Of a stretch of DNA of 64,000 nucleotides, positions 28,471 through 41,200 are shown one piece after another. Below the pieces are notes generated by a model, which made no database searches, had not been told where the DNA came from, and saw nothing but the letters and a program-made list of their open reading frames with translations. This stretch comes from an uncultured Planctomycetota bacterium (lineage in GTDB: Bacteria; Planctomycetota; Planctomycetia; Isosphaerales; Isosphaeraceae). The translations under genes and the position numbers were made by a program. Location: the NCBI GenBank assembly GCA_963737655.1, contig CAVTTN010000002.1:6048001-6112000 (forward strand), given 5' to 3'. Every line of letters begins with the position of its first letter. Position 1 is the first letter of the stretch.

Positions 28471-30610
28471 ATGGACCGCCACCACCCGATTCCGACCGGA
28501 CCTCCGGGCCACGCGCCCGCCGGTTCCGCTCCCGACCCCCCCGCCCTGAACGACCTGGGGCTTCGCCTCGGCGAGGCCGGACGGCTTGACGAGGCGGAGG
28601 CGGCGCTTCGGGGGGCGATCTCGGCCGACCCGACGTACCCCGAGGCGTGGAACAACCTGGGGATCATCCTGGCCCGGACTCGCCGGCCGGATGAGGCGGT
28701 CCGGGCCTTCCGCGAGGCGCTCTGCCTTCGCCCGAACTATGCCGAGGCCCTGAGCAACCTGGGCCTGACCCGGGCCCGGCTCGGCCAGCCGGAAGAGGCC
28801 GTCGGCTGCTATCGCGAGGCCATCCGGCTGAAGCCCGACTACCCGCAGGCGCTGACGAACCTGGGGATCGCCCTCGTCGGCCTGGGCCGCGCGGAGGAGG
28901 CCGTCGAGGCCCATCGCCGGGCGATCCGGCTCGCGCCCGGAATCCCGAGGCCCACAGCTCCCTGGGCCTGGCCCTGGGGCGGCTCGGGCGGAAAGACGAG
29001 GCCGAGGCGAGCTTTCGCGAGGCGATCCGCCTCCGTCCCGAGTCCACCGAGCCCCGGAACAACCTGGCGAACCTGCTCGCCTCCCGGGGCCGCCGAGACG
29101 AGGCGATCGCGCTCTATCGCGAGGCGATCCGCCTCCGCCCGTCGTATGCCGAGGCGCACAACAACCTCGGCAACGCCCTGGTCGAGGCCGGCTTGCCCGG
29201 CGAGGCGATCGGTCATTACGAGGCCGCCCTGGAGATCCAGCCGGAGTATCCCGAGGCGCACAACAACCTCGGCAACGCCCTGGCCGAGCGAGGGCTCCAC
29301 CACGACGCCATCGCCCGATACCGCCGGGCCCTGGAGATCCGCCCGAGGTACGCCGAGGCCAGGAACAACCTGGGCAACGCCCTGAGGGACCTGGGCCGGC
29401 TGGAGGAGGCGATCCCCGAGTTCCGCCGGGCCCTGGAGCTCCGCCCGAACTATCCCGAGGCGCACAACAACCTGGGCAACACGCTCCGCGGCCTCGGGCG
29501 GCTGGACGAGGCGATGGCGTCGTTCGCGGAGGCCCTCCGGCTCCGCCCGGACTATGCCGACGCGATCAGCAATCGCGGGATCGCGCACGTCGAGAGGGGC
29601 GACCTCGATCGGGCGTCCGAGGACTTCGAGCAGGCCATCCGGCTCCGCCCCGACTTCGCCGATGCTCACATGAATCGGGCCCTGACCTGGTTGACCCGGG
29701 GCGACCATGCCCGGGGCTGGGCCGAGTACGAATGGCGGTGGAAGGTCCGGGCGCCGCCCCCCGCCGCGACCCGGCCACGGAGTGGGACGGCTCCCCCCTG
29801 GAGGGGCGGACGATCCTCCTCCACACCGAGCAGGGCCTCGGCGACGCGATCCAGTTCATCCGGTTCGCGGCGAGCGTCCGCGACCGGGGCGGGCGGGTCC
29901 TCGTCGAATGCCCGAAGGGGCTGGTCCCCCTGCTCGGGAGCTGCCCGGGGATCGCGGGGCTGGTCGCCCGGGGCGAGGAGGCGCCGCCGTTCGACGTCCA
30001 CGCCCCGTTGCTCGGCCTGCCCCGCCTGCTGGGGACGACGCTCGCCAACCTCCCGAGGGCCGTCCCCTACCTCTCGGCCGATCCGGCGGCCGTCGCCCGA
30101 TGGGGCGAGGAGCTGGCGCTCGATCGCTCGTGGAAGGTCGGGATCGCCTGGCAGGGGAACCCGCGATTCAAGGCGGACCGGCACCGCTCGATCCCCCTGG
30201 CCCGCTTCGCGCCCCTGGCCGCGGTGCCCGGGGTCCGGCTCTACGGGCTCCAGAAGGGGCCGGGGACCGAGCAGATCGCCCCGGCCTCGGCGACGGTCCC
30301 CCTGGTGGACCTCGGCGCCCGGCTGGACGAGGCCGGGGCGACCTTCGCCGACACCTCGGCCGTGATGAGGCATCTGGATCTGATCGTGACCTCCGACACC
30401 TCGATCGCCCACCTCGCCGGCGCCCTGGGCGTGCCGGTCTGGGTGGCCCTCGGGGCGTCCGCGGACTGGCGATGGCTCCTCGGCCGGGAGGATTGCCCGT
30501 GGTACCCGACCATGCGCCTCTTCCGCCAATCCCGCCCCGGCGACTGGGCCGAGGTCCTGGCCCGGATCGCCGACGAGGTGCGCCGGATGGCCCCGCGCCG
30601 GGCTCCGTGA
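28471..30610 (+). CDS. TPR-repeat protein with C-terminal GT-B (GT9/heptosyltransferase-like) glycosyltransferase domain; apparent frameshifts near 28945 and 29760
   Basis: About 11 TPRs (EAHNNLGNAL), GWAEYEWRW, EQGLGDAIQFIRF, VGIAWQGNP, LDLIVTSDTSIAHLAGALG, DWRWL and PWYPTMRLFRQ. Confidence 0.9.
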
Positions 30611-30980
30611 CGGTGGAGGTCGGCTTCGGCGAGCTCCTGGACAAGATCAGCATCCTCGCCATCAAGTCCGAGAGGATCGCCGACCCGGAGAAGCGTCGGC
30701 ACGTCCTCGCCGAACTCGCGACCCTGGAAGAGGCCCGCGACCGCTCGATCGCCCGGACCGAGCAGGGCGCGCGCTCGAAGGCGAGCTGAAGCGGGTCAAC
30801 GAAGGGCTCTGGGAGATCGAGGAGGCCATCCGCGGGGCCGAGGCCGAGGGGGATTTCGGGGCCCGCTTCATCGACCTGGCCCGCTCGGTCTATCGCCGCA
30901 ACGACGAGCGCGCCGGCCTGAAACGCCTCCTCAACGAGCACTACCGCTCCGGCCTGGTCGAGGAGAAATCGTATTGCTGA
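30607..30980 (+). CDS. DUF6165-like protein; apparent frameshift near 30765; could be fused to the upstream gene
   Basis: VEVGFGELLDKISILAIK...LKRVNEGLWEIEEAIR...FIDLARSVYRRNDERAGLKRLLN...LVEEKSY. Confidence 0.8.
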
Positions 30981-31309
30981 GCCGGCCGGCCGGCCCGGAC
31001 CTCCCGACCCGGCCTCGCCCCCGAGGCCGCTCGCGCGACCTCCGCGGAAGAGGGGAGCCGGGCGGCGATGACCTGAATAGAGTTGAAAATTTGATTTGTT
31101 GATGTGAGGCGGCTCCCAAAGAATTGCGCGAGTCGGGGTCCGCTCCTCCGACGGGAACGACGGACCGGCCCTGCCCCGCCGGGAGGCCCGCCTCGCTTTT
31201 CCCCGTCCTCGGCGATAAGTTGATGGGATTCTCGCCGCGCGTTCGTTGAGGGCGCGAGGCCGCCGAGGGCGGCGTTGAGGCATCCTGGGGCACGGGTGGA
31301 CCTGTCGAT

Positions 31310-34300
31310 ATGAATGGCACTCGCAGCCGGAGGCGGATGACGGGCCTCGTCCTTCTCGCCCCGATCGTCGCGATCGTCCCCGCCGCTCGTGCGGACGACC
31401 CGCCGGCCCTCCTGGCGAAGGCCGCGACCGAATTCGCCGGCGAGGCCCGGCCTCTCCTGGCGAAATACTGCCTGAAGTGCCACTCAACCAAGGCGATGGA
31501 AGGCGAGCTCGACCTGGAGCGGTTCGGCTCGCTCGGCGACGTCCGCAAGGCCACGGCCGTCTGGCTGAAGGTCGGCGAGATGCTCGACAACGGCGAGATG
31601 CCGCCGAAGGAGGCGAAGCGGATGCCCGCCGCCGACCGCCAGGCGCTGCGAGACTGGCTGACCCGCTACCTCCGGGCCGAGGCCCTGGCCGGCGCGGGCG
31701 ACCCCGGGCCCGTCGTCCTTCGTCGATTGAGCAATGCTCAATACACATATACCTTGCGAGACCTCACCGGCGTCCCGCTCGACCCGGCCCGCGAGTTCCC
31801 CGTCGATGGCGCGGCCGGCGAGGGGTTCACCAACACGGGCAATGCCCTGGTGATGTCGCCGGCGCTGCTGGCGAAGTATTTCGACGCCGCCAAGGGCGTG
31901 GCCGATCACGCCGTCCCCCTGCCCGACGGCCTGCGGTTCTCCGCCGGTCCCACCCGCCGGGACTGGACCGATGAGACCGTCGGCCGCATCCGCTCGGCCT
32001 ACGCCGAGTTCACCGACTCCGGCGGCAGCACCCAGGTGAACCTCCAGGGGATCGTCTTCGGCACCAACGCCGGAGGTCGCCTGCCCCTGGAACATTACCT
32101 CGCCGCGACCCTGGCCGAGCGCGTCGCCCTCGCGAACGGGACGAAGACCGTCGAGGCCGTGGCGAAGCAACGCAAGCTCAGCCCCAAATATCTCGGCATT
32201 CTTTGGTCGGCCCTGAACGCGAACGAGCCCTCGCCCCTGCTCGACGGCGTCCGCTCTCGATGGAAGGCCGCGAGCGAGGCCGACGCGGCGGCGATCGCCC
32301 GGGAAATCGGCCTCTGGCAGTCGGCGCTCTGGAAGTTCAACAGCGTGGGGCAGCTCGGCAAGATCGGCGGGCCGAAGTCGTGGATGGAGCCGGTCTCCCC
32401 CTTGCAGACCGGGCAGGAATTCCGCCTCCCGCTCGCCCCGCCCGCCGACGGGAAGGACGTCACGCTCTTCCTGAGCGCCGAGGCCGCCTCCGAGGGACCG
32501 GGTCGGGGGGCGGTCGTCTGGGAGAATCCCCGGCTGGTCTCGCCCGGGATGGTCGATTTGCCCCTCCGAGACGTTCCCGAGGTCTCCCGAGGCTTGCTCG
32601 CCCGTCGCGAGACGGTCTTCGCGGCGGCGGAAAAGAGCCTGGCGGCGGCCGTCGAGGCGGGCGAGGCCCGAGAGGGCTTCAACCCCGAGGACCTGGCCCG
32701 CAAGCACGACGTCCCGCCCGACGTCCTGGCCTCGTGGCTCGACTCTCTCGGCCTCGGCAGCGGGCCCGTGGCGATCACGTCCCATCTCCGGGAGAAGAAT
32801 CGGAAGGGATCGGGGTTCGATTTCGTGAACGGCTGGGGGCCCGGGGCCACGCCGAACGTGACGGCCAATTCATCGGACACTCACGTTCGCATCCCGGGCA
32901 ATCTGCGGCCTCACAGCGTCGCGATGCATCCGTCGCCGACGTTGCGGGTCGTCGCCGGCTGGCTGAGCCCGGTCTCGGCGACGTTGAAGATCTCGGGATC
33001 GGTCCAGCACGCCCATCCCGAGTGCGGCAACGGGGTGACCTGGGCGTTGGAGGTCCGCCGCGGGTCGACCCGCCAGAGGCTGGCGGCGGGGGTGTCGCAG
33101 GGTTCGAAGGTGATCCCGCTGGGCCCGTTCGAGGGCGTTGCGGTGAGGCCCGGCGACCTGGTTTCGCTGGCGATCGGCCCCCGGGACGGCAACTACTCGT
33201 GCGACCTCACGGCCGTCGACCTGAACCTCTCGGCCGACGGCCAGGCCTGGGACCTGGCCGGGGACGTCTCGCCCGACATCCTCGCCGGCAACCCCCACGC
33301 CGACCGGCTGGGCCATCCCGGGGTCTGGCACTTCTTCACCGAGCCCGACCGAGGCGGCGACCCCGGCACCACGTTCCCCGCCGGATCGGTCCTGGCGAAG
33401 TGGCAATCGGCCACGACCCCCGAGGCGAAGGCCGCGCTGGGTCGAGAGGTCCAGGCCCTGCTCTCGGCCGGCCATCCGCCGAAGGACGGCCCCGACGCGG
33501 CCCTGTATCGCCAGTTGGCCTCCTTGCGGAGCCCGCTGTTCCGGTCGGTCCGAAGCGAGATCGGCAAGGTCGCCGCCGGGGCCCCGGCCCCGGGGATCGG
33601 GCCCGCGACGTTCGGGAAGAAGCCCGGGGGCGAGGCGATCGAGCCGACGAGCCTGGGCGTCGAGGCGCCGTCTCTGGTCGAGGTGACGATCCCGGCCGGC
33701 CTGGTGGAGGGCTGCGAATTCGTGACCTCGGCGCGGGTCGTCGCCTCGGGGGCGCGGAGGCCGCGCAGTTCGCGGTCTCGACGGCGAAGCCCGGGTCGGG
33801 CCCCCGGCCCGACCCGTCCCGTCCCGTGATCGTGGCCGATTCGGGCCCGGCTCGCGAACGGTATGAAGCGGCGTTCGCCGCCTTCCGCTCGCTGTTTCCT
33901 CCGGCGCTTTGCTATACGAAGATCGTCCCGGTCGACGAGGTCATCACGCTGACCCTCTTCTATCGAGAGGACGACCACCTCCGCCGCCTGATGCTGGACG
34001 ACGCCCAGGCGGCGAAGCACGATCGGCTCTGGGACGAGCTCCGGTTCATCAGCCAGGACGCCTTGATCCTCGTCGATGCGTTCCAGCAGCTCCTGGAATA
34101 CGCCTCGCAGGACAGCGACCCGAAGGTGCTGGAACCCCTGCGAAAGCCGATCATGGACCGGGCCGCGGCGTTCCGCAAGGCGCTGGTCGAGGCCGAGCCC
34201 AGGCAGCTTGACGCCGCGATCGCCTTCGCCGAACAAGCCTACCGCCGCCCCCTGAAGCCGGGCGAGGCCGAGGAGCTTCGCGGCCTCTATCGCAAGCTTC

Positions 34301-35460
34301 GCAACGAGGAATTGCCCCATGATGATGCCTGGAGGCTCGTCCTGGCGCGAATCCTGGTCTCTCCGGCGTTCCTCTACCGGGTCGAGGCGGCCGGTCCGGG
34401 TTCGGCCGCGTCGCCGGTCAGCGACTGGGAAATGGCCAGCCGTTTGAGCTATTTCCTCTGGTCGTCGGCCCCCGACCCGGCCCTCCGAGACCTCGCCGCC
34501 GCCGGCCGATTGCGCGATCCCGACGTGATCGCGGCGCAAGCCCGCCGGATGCTCCAAAACGAGAACTCCCGCCGCCTCGCAACCGAGTTCGCCTGCCAGT
34601 GGCTTCATGTCTATGATTTCGACACCCTTGACGAGAAAAGCGAGCGGCATTTCCCGACGTTCAACGGCCTCAAGGGCCCGATGTACGAGGAGACCATCCT
34701 CTTCTTCACCGACCTCTTCCGCCGAGACCTGCCCGCGCTCGCATTCCTCGATGCCGACACCACGTTCCTCGACGCCCGGCTGGCCGAGCACTACGGGATT
34801 CCCGGGGTCTCCGGCGACGGCTGGAGGAGGGTCGAAGGGATGAAGGCGGCCGGGCGGGGCGGCATCCTCGGCCTCTCGACCACGCTGGCGAAGCAGTCGG
34901 GGGCCTCGCGGACCAGCCCGATCCTCCGGGGCAACTGGGTCGCCGAGGTCCTCCTGGGCGAGAAGCTGCCCAAGCCGCCGCCGGGAGTCCCGCAACTGCC
35001 CGAGGACGAGGCCGCGACCGGCGGCCTGAGCGTCCGCCAGCTCGTCGAGAAGCATAGCCAGGACGCCAAGTGCGCGACCTGCCACGTCCGCATCGACCCG
35101 TTCGGCTTCGCCCTCGAAGGCTTCGACGCGATCGGCCGGAAGCGCGAGAAGGACCTGGGCGACCACCCGATCGCCGTCGAGGCGAAGCTGCGAGACGGCA
35201 CCGAATTCCGAGGGCTCGACGGCCTCCGAACGTATCTCCTGACGACCCGTCGCGAGGCGGTCTCCCGCCAGTTCTCGCGAAAGCTCCTCGGCTACGCCCT
35301 GGGCCGAGCGGTCCAGCTTTCGGACGACCCGTTGCTCGACGAGATGACGAAGCTCGTCGCCGGAGGGGGCCGGATCGGCGACGTGGTCGAGACGATCGTC
35401 AAGAGCCGCCAGTTCCGGGAGATCCGCGGGCGCGATGCCGTGGCCACGGAGGCTCCGTAG
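31310..35460 (+). CDS. Planctomycete cytochrome-c/DUF1587-DUF1595-DUF1592-DUF1588-DUF1585 protein; apparent frameshift near 33750
   Basis: Signal peptide, CLKCH, EMPP, LRRLSNAQYTYTLRDL, ILVSPAFLYR, ASRLSYFLWSSAPD, RTSPILRGNWV and CATCHVRIDPFGFALEGFD. Confidence 0.92.
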
Positions 35461-35621
35461 GGCGGTTCACGGCCGGGCTGCGAACGCCGGCCCTCGTCGG
35501 GCCGGCCTCGGCCTGCCGTCTTCGCGGATCTCGGCTCGCTCGCGGGATTCTGGTAAACTTCATTCCCGACGCCGCCTGCCACCCCACCCCCGCCCCACCC
35601 CGAACCCGCCCGAGGCCCGAG

Positions 35622-36929
35622 ATGAACGCCAGCGCCTATCAGTTGTCCCGTCGGACGTTCCTCCGCGGTGTCGGCGTGAGCATGGCCTTGCCCTGGATGG
35701 AGTCCCTGAAGGTCTGGGGCGACGAGGCGAAAGCCGGGGCGAGCGAGGCCCCGGTGAGGATGGCCGTCCTGTTCTCGGGCAACGGCTTCCATTCCCGCGA
35801 GTGGTGGGCCAAGGGCTCGGGCCGCGAGATGGAACTGGGCAGGGTGCTCGCCCCCCTGCATCCCCACCGCGAGAAGATGCTGTTCATCCGCGGGCTCTAC
35901 AACGCCGAGGCGCTGAAGGGGAACATCCACAGCTCGCAGACCGGCAACCTCCTCTCCGGCGCCCCCCTGGCCTCGGGCGGCGACATCCGCTCGGGCACCA
36001 GCGTCGATCAGCTCCTGGCCCAGACCCACGGGCGATCGACCAAGGTGCCCAGCCTGGTGCTCGGCTGCGAGAAATCCAACCCGTCGGTCCACAAGAATTA
36101 TTCGATGCTCTACTCGTCGCACATCTCGTGGAGCTCGCCGACCACGCCGACGCCCCTGGAGCTCTACCCGGCCCTGGCGTTCGACCGCCTGTTCAAGGAC
36201 GAGGCCCGCAAGGGGGACGAGAGCGTCCTCGACGCCGTCCTCGAGGACGCGAAGGACGTCCGCCGCGCGGTGAGCGTCTCCGACCAGAGGAAGCTCGACG
36301 AATACCTCGACTCGGTCCGCGAGGTCGAGCAGCGGATCGAGAACGCGGGGCGTCGCGGGGAGATGCAGGGCTGGCGGCCCACCCTGGACAAGCCCAACAT
36401 GGCCCGGCCCGCCGACGGCATCCCCCAGGACATCGGCGAACATATGAAGCTGATGTGCGACATCCTCGTGCTCGCCTTCCAGACCGACACCACCCGCGTC
36501 TGCACCCTCAAGCTCAACAACGACCACAGCTCCCTGCGATTCCCCAATCTCGGGGTGGATTACATGATCCACCACCTGCTCTCCCACAGCGACACCGACG
36601 ACTGGCTCAAGGTCAACCAGTTCTTCCTGAAGCAGCTGGCCTACGTCGCCGCGAAGCTCGACGCGATCCAGGAAGGCGGGCGGACGGCGCTGGACAACTC
36701 GATGATCCTGTACTGTTCGAGCATGCTCGTCGGCGGCAGCCACGACGCCACGAAGCTGCCGGTGGTGATCCTGGGCGGGGCCGGCGGGAAGCTCAAGACG
36801 GGCCGGGTGCTGGACCACCTGAACGACCCGAACCGCAAGATGTGCAGCCTGTTCCTCTCGATGCTGGACAAGGCGGACGTCCGCCTCAAGGCGTTCGGGG
36901 ACTCGACGGAGCCTCTGTCGAGCCTGTGA
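35622..36929 (+). CDS. DUF1552 (HXXSHH) family protein with Tat-like signal
   Basis: SRRTFLRGVGVSMALPWMESL, PALAFDRLF and HHLLSH; typical partner of DUF1592 genes. Confidence 0.92.
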   Translation: MNASAYQLSRRTFLRGVGVSMALPWMESLKVWGDEAKAGASEAPVRMAVLFSGNGFHSREWWAKGSGREMELGRVLAPLHPHREKMLFIRGLYNAEALKGNIHSSQTGNLLSGAPLASGGDIRSGTSVDQLLAQTHGRSTKVPSLVLGCEKSNPSVHKNYSMLYSSHISWSSPTTPTPLELYPALAFDRLFKDEARKGDESVLDAVLEDAKDVRRAVSVSDQRKLDEYLDSVREVEQRIENAGRRGEMQGWRPTLDKPNMARPADGIPQDIGEHMKLMCDILVLAFQTDTTRVCTLKLNNDHSSLRFPNLGVDYMIHHLLSHSDTDDWLKVNQFFLKQLAYVAAKLDAIQEGGRTALDNSMILYCSSMLVGGSHDATKLPVVILGGAGGKLKTGRVLDHLNDPNRKMCSLFLSMLDKADVRLKAFGDSTEPLSSL

Positions 36930-38040
36930 CCGCGGCCGGGCGATCCTCCCGGGGCGGCGGCGGCGGCGGCGGCGGCTGCCCCATCCGTTTCAGGTGCCGG
37001 AAGTGGGAGCGGAGGGCGGCCGGGAACGGCATCGCGTGATAGGTCACGCCGTATTCCCCGGCCGTCTCCCGGATGATCTTCGAGAGCGCGACGTAGTGGA
37101 CGTGGCAGACGTCCGGGAACAGGTGGTGCGCGGCGTGGGCATTGACCGCGCCGAGCACCCAGTTCGCCAGCCGGCTCTCCGGGCTGTAGTCCATCGAGGT
37201 CGCGAGCTGATGGGCGGCCCACGACCCATCGACGTACCCCCGCTCGTCCGCCTCGGGGTAGGCGATCTCCTCGGCCACGTGCGTGCTGACCAGGGGGAGC
37301 GTGAACGCCAGAGAGGCGGCGCCGTGCATCAGCGCGAAGCCCAGGACGATCGCCGGCCAAGGCTGATCGATCACGATCAGGGGGACGACCAGCATCGCCG
37401 TCAGGTAGATCAGCTTCTCCGCCGCGACGATCGCCATCACGCGGAGTCGCCTGAGGTCGCCCCTCACATTCATGTTCGCCAGGCTCTCGCGGAAGAAGAA
37501 TTCAAAATCATAGATGAAGATCGTGTAGGGCGAGAATAACATGTAGACCACGGGCGCATAGAGGTGCTGATACCGGAAGTGGGGGCGGTGGGGCGACGCC
37601 GGAGTGACCCGGAGGAACGGGTTGTCGTCCATGTCCGCGTCCCCGCCCTGGACGTTGGGGAAGGTGTGGTGAGAGCCGACGTGCCGCCTCTTCCACAGGT
37701 AGGGACTCGTCCCGTTGAGGAGGAACGTGGCGTAGTAGATCGCCCGGTTCAGGGGGCGGCTGGGGGTCAGGGCGTCGTGGGCGGCGTCGTGGGCGAGGTT
37801 GAAGGCGACGAGGATGCCGGAGACCCCGAACAGGACCGCCGCCACCAGCAGGGGCAGGCCGCTCAGCCGGTTGCTGAGGATCAGCCCGTACAGGCCGAAG
37901 GTCGCGGCGAGCAGGACGATCCCCTTCAGCGCCACCCGGCGGTCGCCGAAGCGGGTGACCCCCTCGGCCTGGAAGTAGGCCGAGGCCCTCGCCCGGACGG
38001 CCGAATGGAAACCCTTGTCCCGGCCATTGCGGAACTTCAT
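36886..38040 (-). CDS. Acyl-CoA/fatty acid desaturase
   Basis: His boxes HDAAH, HVGSHH and HAAHHLFP; HQLATSMD; TM segments. Confidence 0.92.
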   Translation of the reverse strand: MKFRNGRDKGFHSAVRARASAYFQAEGVTRFGDRRVALKGIVLLAATFGLYGLILSNRLSGLPLLVAAVLFGVSGILVAFNLAHDAAHDALTPSRPLNRAIYYATFLLNGTSPYLWKRRHVGSHHTFPNVQGGDADMDDNPFLRVTPASPHRPHFRYQHLYAPVVYMLFSPYTIFIYDFEFFFRESLANMNVRGDLRRLRVMAIVAAEKLIYLTAMLVVPLIVIDQPWPAIVLGFALMHGAASLAFTLPLVSTHVAEEIAYPEADERGYVDGSWAAHQLATSMDYSPESRLANWVLGAVNAHAAHHLFPDVCHVHYVALSKIIRETAGEYGVTYHAMPFPAALRSHFRHLKRMGQPPPPPPPPREDRPAAVTGSTEAPSSPRTP

Positions 38041-38294
38041 GACGCTCCCTTCGCCCGACGCGGGCCCGAGGCCGACGATGCCCCGTTCCGATCCGTGAGC
38101 GCCCGCGAAAACGGGCCTCGATGCCCGGACCATCTTCATCGGCGACGTCCCGGCAGGCAAGGCCGGACCCCCGAACGGCCGTCGCGCCGAATCGGCCGTC
38201 TCTCGAGGGGGGTTTGACATTCCGCCCGCGTTGCCGGATTTTGAGGAGGGTTCCGGTGGAGAGGCGAAGGATCGTCCCGGAGGGGGCCGAGCGC

Positions 38295-41200
38295 ATGGTC
38301 GAGGAATCGAAGGTCGGTCGGCGCCCGGTCGCCTGGCTCGTCCCCCTAAGCTTGGTGTTGCTGCTGCTGCTGGCAGGCCGGATTGCCCCGGCCTCGGGCC
38401 AGGAGGTCCGGCTCACGGACGCCGCCGAGCGAGGGACGTTCAACGTCGGGCCCGCCCGGGCCGAGGTCCAGCCCTCGACCGACCCGAAGGCCGGGGCCCT
38501 CCTCCGGTTCGATTTCACCATCCCCCAGGGGGCCGCCGCGGGGGTCTGGACCAAGAAGTTCCCCGAGGCGATGCGGGAAGGCGAGATCGACGTCGTCCGC
38601 CCGGCTGCCCGATCGGCCGACCCCGCCGGCCTCCGCGACGTGGGCGTGACCCTGGAAATCAAGGGATCGGCCGGCGTCCAGCGAATCCCGATCGAGCTCC
38701 ACCACGACTGGGCCTCCGCCGAGAGGTCCGTGGACTGGAAGGCGATCGGCTCGGTGTCCGAGGTCGTCGTCTCGGTCGCCCGGATCGGCGACGGCCCCCC
38801 GGCGACGGGCACCATCGACCTGGATATCCGGTTCGAGCGCCTGCCTTTCTTCCAGAGGTTGGCCGCCTACCGGACCGCCCGGTTCGGCGGGGTCCTGCTG
38901 GTGGGCCTGCTCCTGGCGGCCCTGGGCGCGAGGCCCCTGCCGAAAGGGGCGCTGGCGCCGGGCGGCTTCCTCCGCGACGCCGTCCTCGGCGTCGGCGCGG
39001 TGGGGGTCGCGGCCGTGGTCGTGGGGGTTTATGCCCTCGGGTCGAAGGGCCCGATGGAGGTCGGCTGGCATCCGCTCGTCTTCGCCGGCGCCGGCGCGGC
39101 GCTGGCGGCGTGGTGGACATTCGCCCTGTGCGGCCGGGGCCCGACTCGCGGAGAGATCTTCCGCGACGCCCTGGCCACCGGCCTGCTCGCGGCCTCGTCC
39201 AGCCCGTCGGCGATCCTCCAGCCCCCGGCGGAGTGGTCCGACCTGTTCGCCCTGAGCGCGTTCGTGGCGGCGGCGGCCGTGGGGCTCTACCACGTCGCCA
39301 AGGCCGTGAGGCTGGCGACGGCGGGGAAGTCCCTGGGTTGGATCGCCGGGGGCTTGATCGTCGGGACGCCGTATGCCGTCGGCTCGCTCACGCTCCTGGA
39401 ATCGGCCGGCCTGATCCACGGGCTCGGCGACCTCCTCGGCGGCAAGGCGTTCGCGAGCCGCCCCGAGATCGCCGAATCGCTCGGCCGGGTCGCCGTGCTT
39501 TTCGCGTTCAACGAGCTCGTGGCCAACGCCCTGGGCCTGGCCACGAAGAGGACGCCGTTGAAGGGGTGGAAAGGCCACCTCGCGATGCTCAGCGTGGCCA
39601 TCGCGGCGGTGGCCGGGCCGTGGATCGCCGCGATGGGATCGGGCGAGGCGGTCGCCTCGTGGCCGCCGGTCGCTCGGGCCGTCGCCGTGGTGGCGGCCAC
39701 GATCTTCTCGCAGGCCGGGCTCTGGGCCGAAGGCTATCTCCTGACCGGGTTCCTGCTCGACGCCCTCGCCGGCCGGCCCCCGACGGCCGATTCCTCGCTG
39801 TCGCATCCGATTCTCGGCGCGAGGAAGGGGATGGTTTACAGCGGGACCTTCATGGCCCTGCTCTCGGTCATCGCATTGCTCGCCGACTGGCGGGCCGTGC
39901 AATGGCTGGCGAGGTCGGCGCCTCTGGTCCTGGGCCTGATCGGTGGGGCCGTCGCGTTCCCGCTGGGCAAGGCGATCATCGAGACGTTCGACGGCAGCCA
40001 GGCGTTCTTCCGCCGGGTCGGGAACGCCTATCGCGACCCCATGCTTTATGCCCGGGGGGCGATCGTGGGCGCGGGGCTGGCTTATGGGCTGTCTCGCGGG
40101 CTGCCCGGAGAGGCGATGTCCTGGCGGATCGAGTTCGGGTTCGCCGTCGGTCTGCTCGCATTCGCCGGGGTCAACCTCCTCCGAGACGGGATCGGCGCCT
40201 CGACGGGCCGCTACCGGGTCCAGCCGGTGCGGTCGTATGTCGTCCTCGGCTTGCTCGGCGGGTTCATCGGCGCGGCGATCGGGTTCTATCTCGATTCGGT
40301 GCAGGTCGCGGTCGTGGTGAGCAAGTTCCACGAATATGTCGATCCGGGCCAGGCTCCGCGGATCTTCGACGACCGGATCCTGCTGAGCAAGTGGGGCCTG
40401 TTCAACCTCGGGACGCAGGCCGGCGGCCCCAGCCTCCTGTTCGACGAGGCCCTGGCCGGCGTGATCACCTGGTCGATCCCGTCGTGGCTGTTCGCGATCA
40501 ATCGGACGTTCCTCGCCGCCTATTTCGACCGCGAGGCCGGCCCCATCAAGGCCCTATTCACCCGGGCGGGGCTGTTGCAGCTCGTCGAGAACATGATCGG
40601 AGTGTTGCGCTGGGGTTTGTGGATGTCGCCGATCATCAAGTCATTCCTCCGGCCGATGGGCGACCCCACCTGGTACAACCAGGACGGGGCGATCCGCACC
40701 GTGGTGGCCACGGTCCACGACCTCACGTCCAGCCCTCAGGAGTTCCGCGCCTGGAGCCTCGGCGTCTTCATCTCCTTGCTGGCTTATGACTCGGTCCGCA
40801 TCCTGATCTGGCTCGACCACTTCGGGCTCCGGGTCTCCACGCTCGTCAATCTGAGCTTCCTCGGGATGGACCGGCTCGACCGCCGATTGGCCCGGTTCCT
40901 CGCGCCGGAGAGTACCTCGCGATGCATCCCCGAGGGCGTGAAGCGGTTCACGACCTGGGCGCCGCTGCTGATCCCGTTCTACATCCCTCGGGGCAAGGAC
41001 TGGGACACCGCCTGGAGCCAGGCCGAGACCTTGCGAAGCCGCTCGGGCCCGGGGCCTCTGGCCGAATTCGCGGCGATGCCGGTCGGCGAGCAGGTGGCGA
41101 TCGTCCTGGGGGCGGTGCTCGGGGCGTCGGCCGTGTTCGCGGTCGTCCGATTGCTCCGAAGCCGCTCCGAAGGCCGCCGATCGCCGGCCTTCGCCGTCTC

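Noticed and set aside
36953..36977. (GGC)n tract encoding poly-Pro, with a 44-nt convergent overlap between the desaturase and DUF1552 genes
   Set aside because: In-frame triplet repeat in a non-conserved tail; no sign of phase variation or function.
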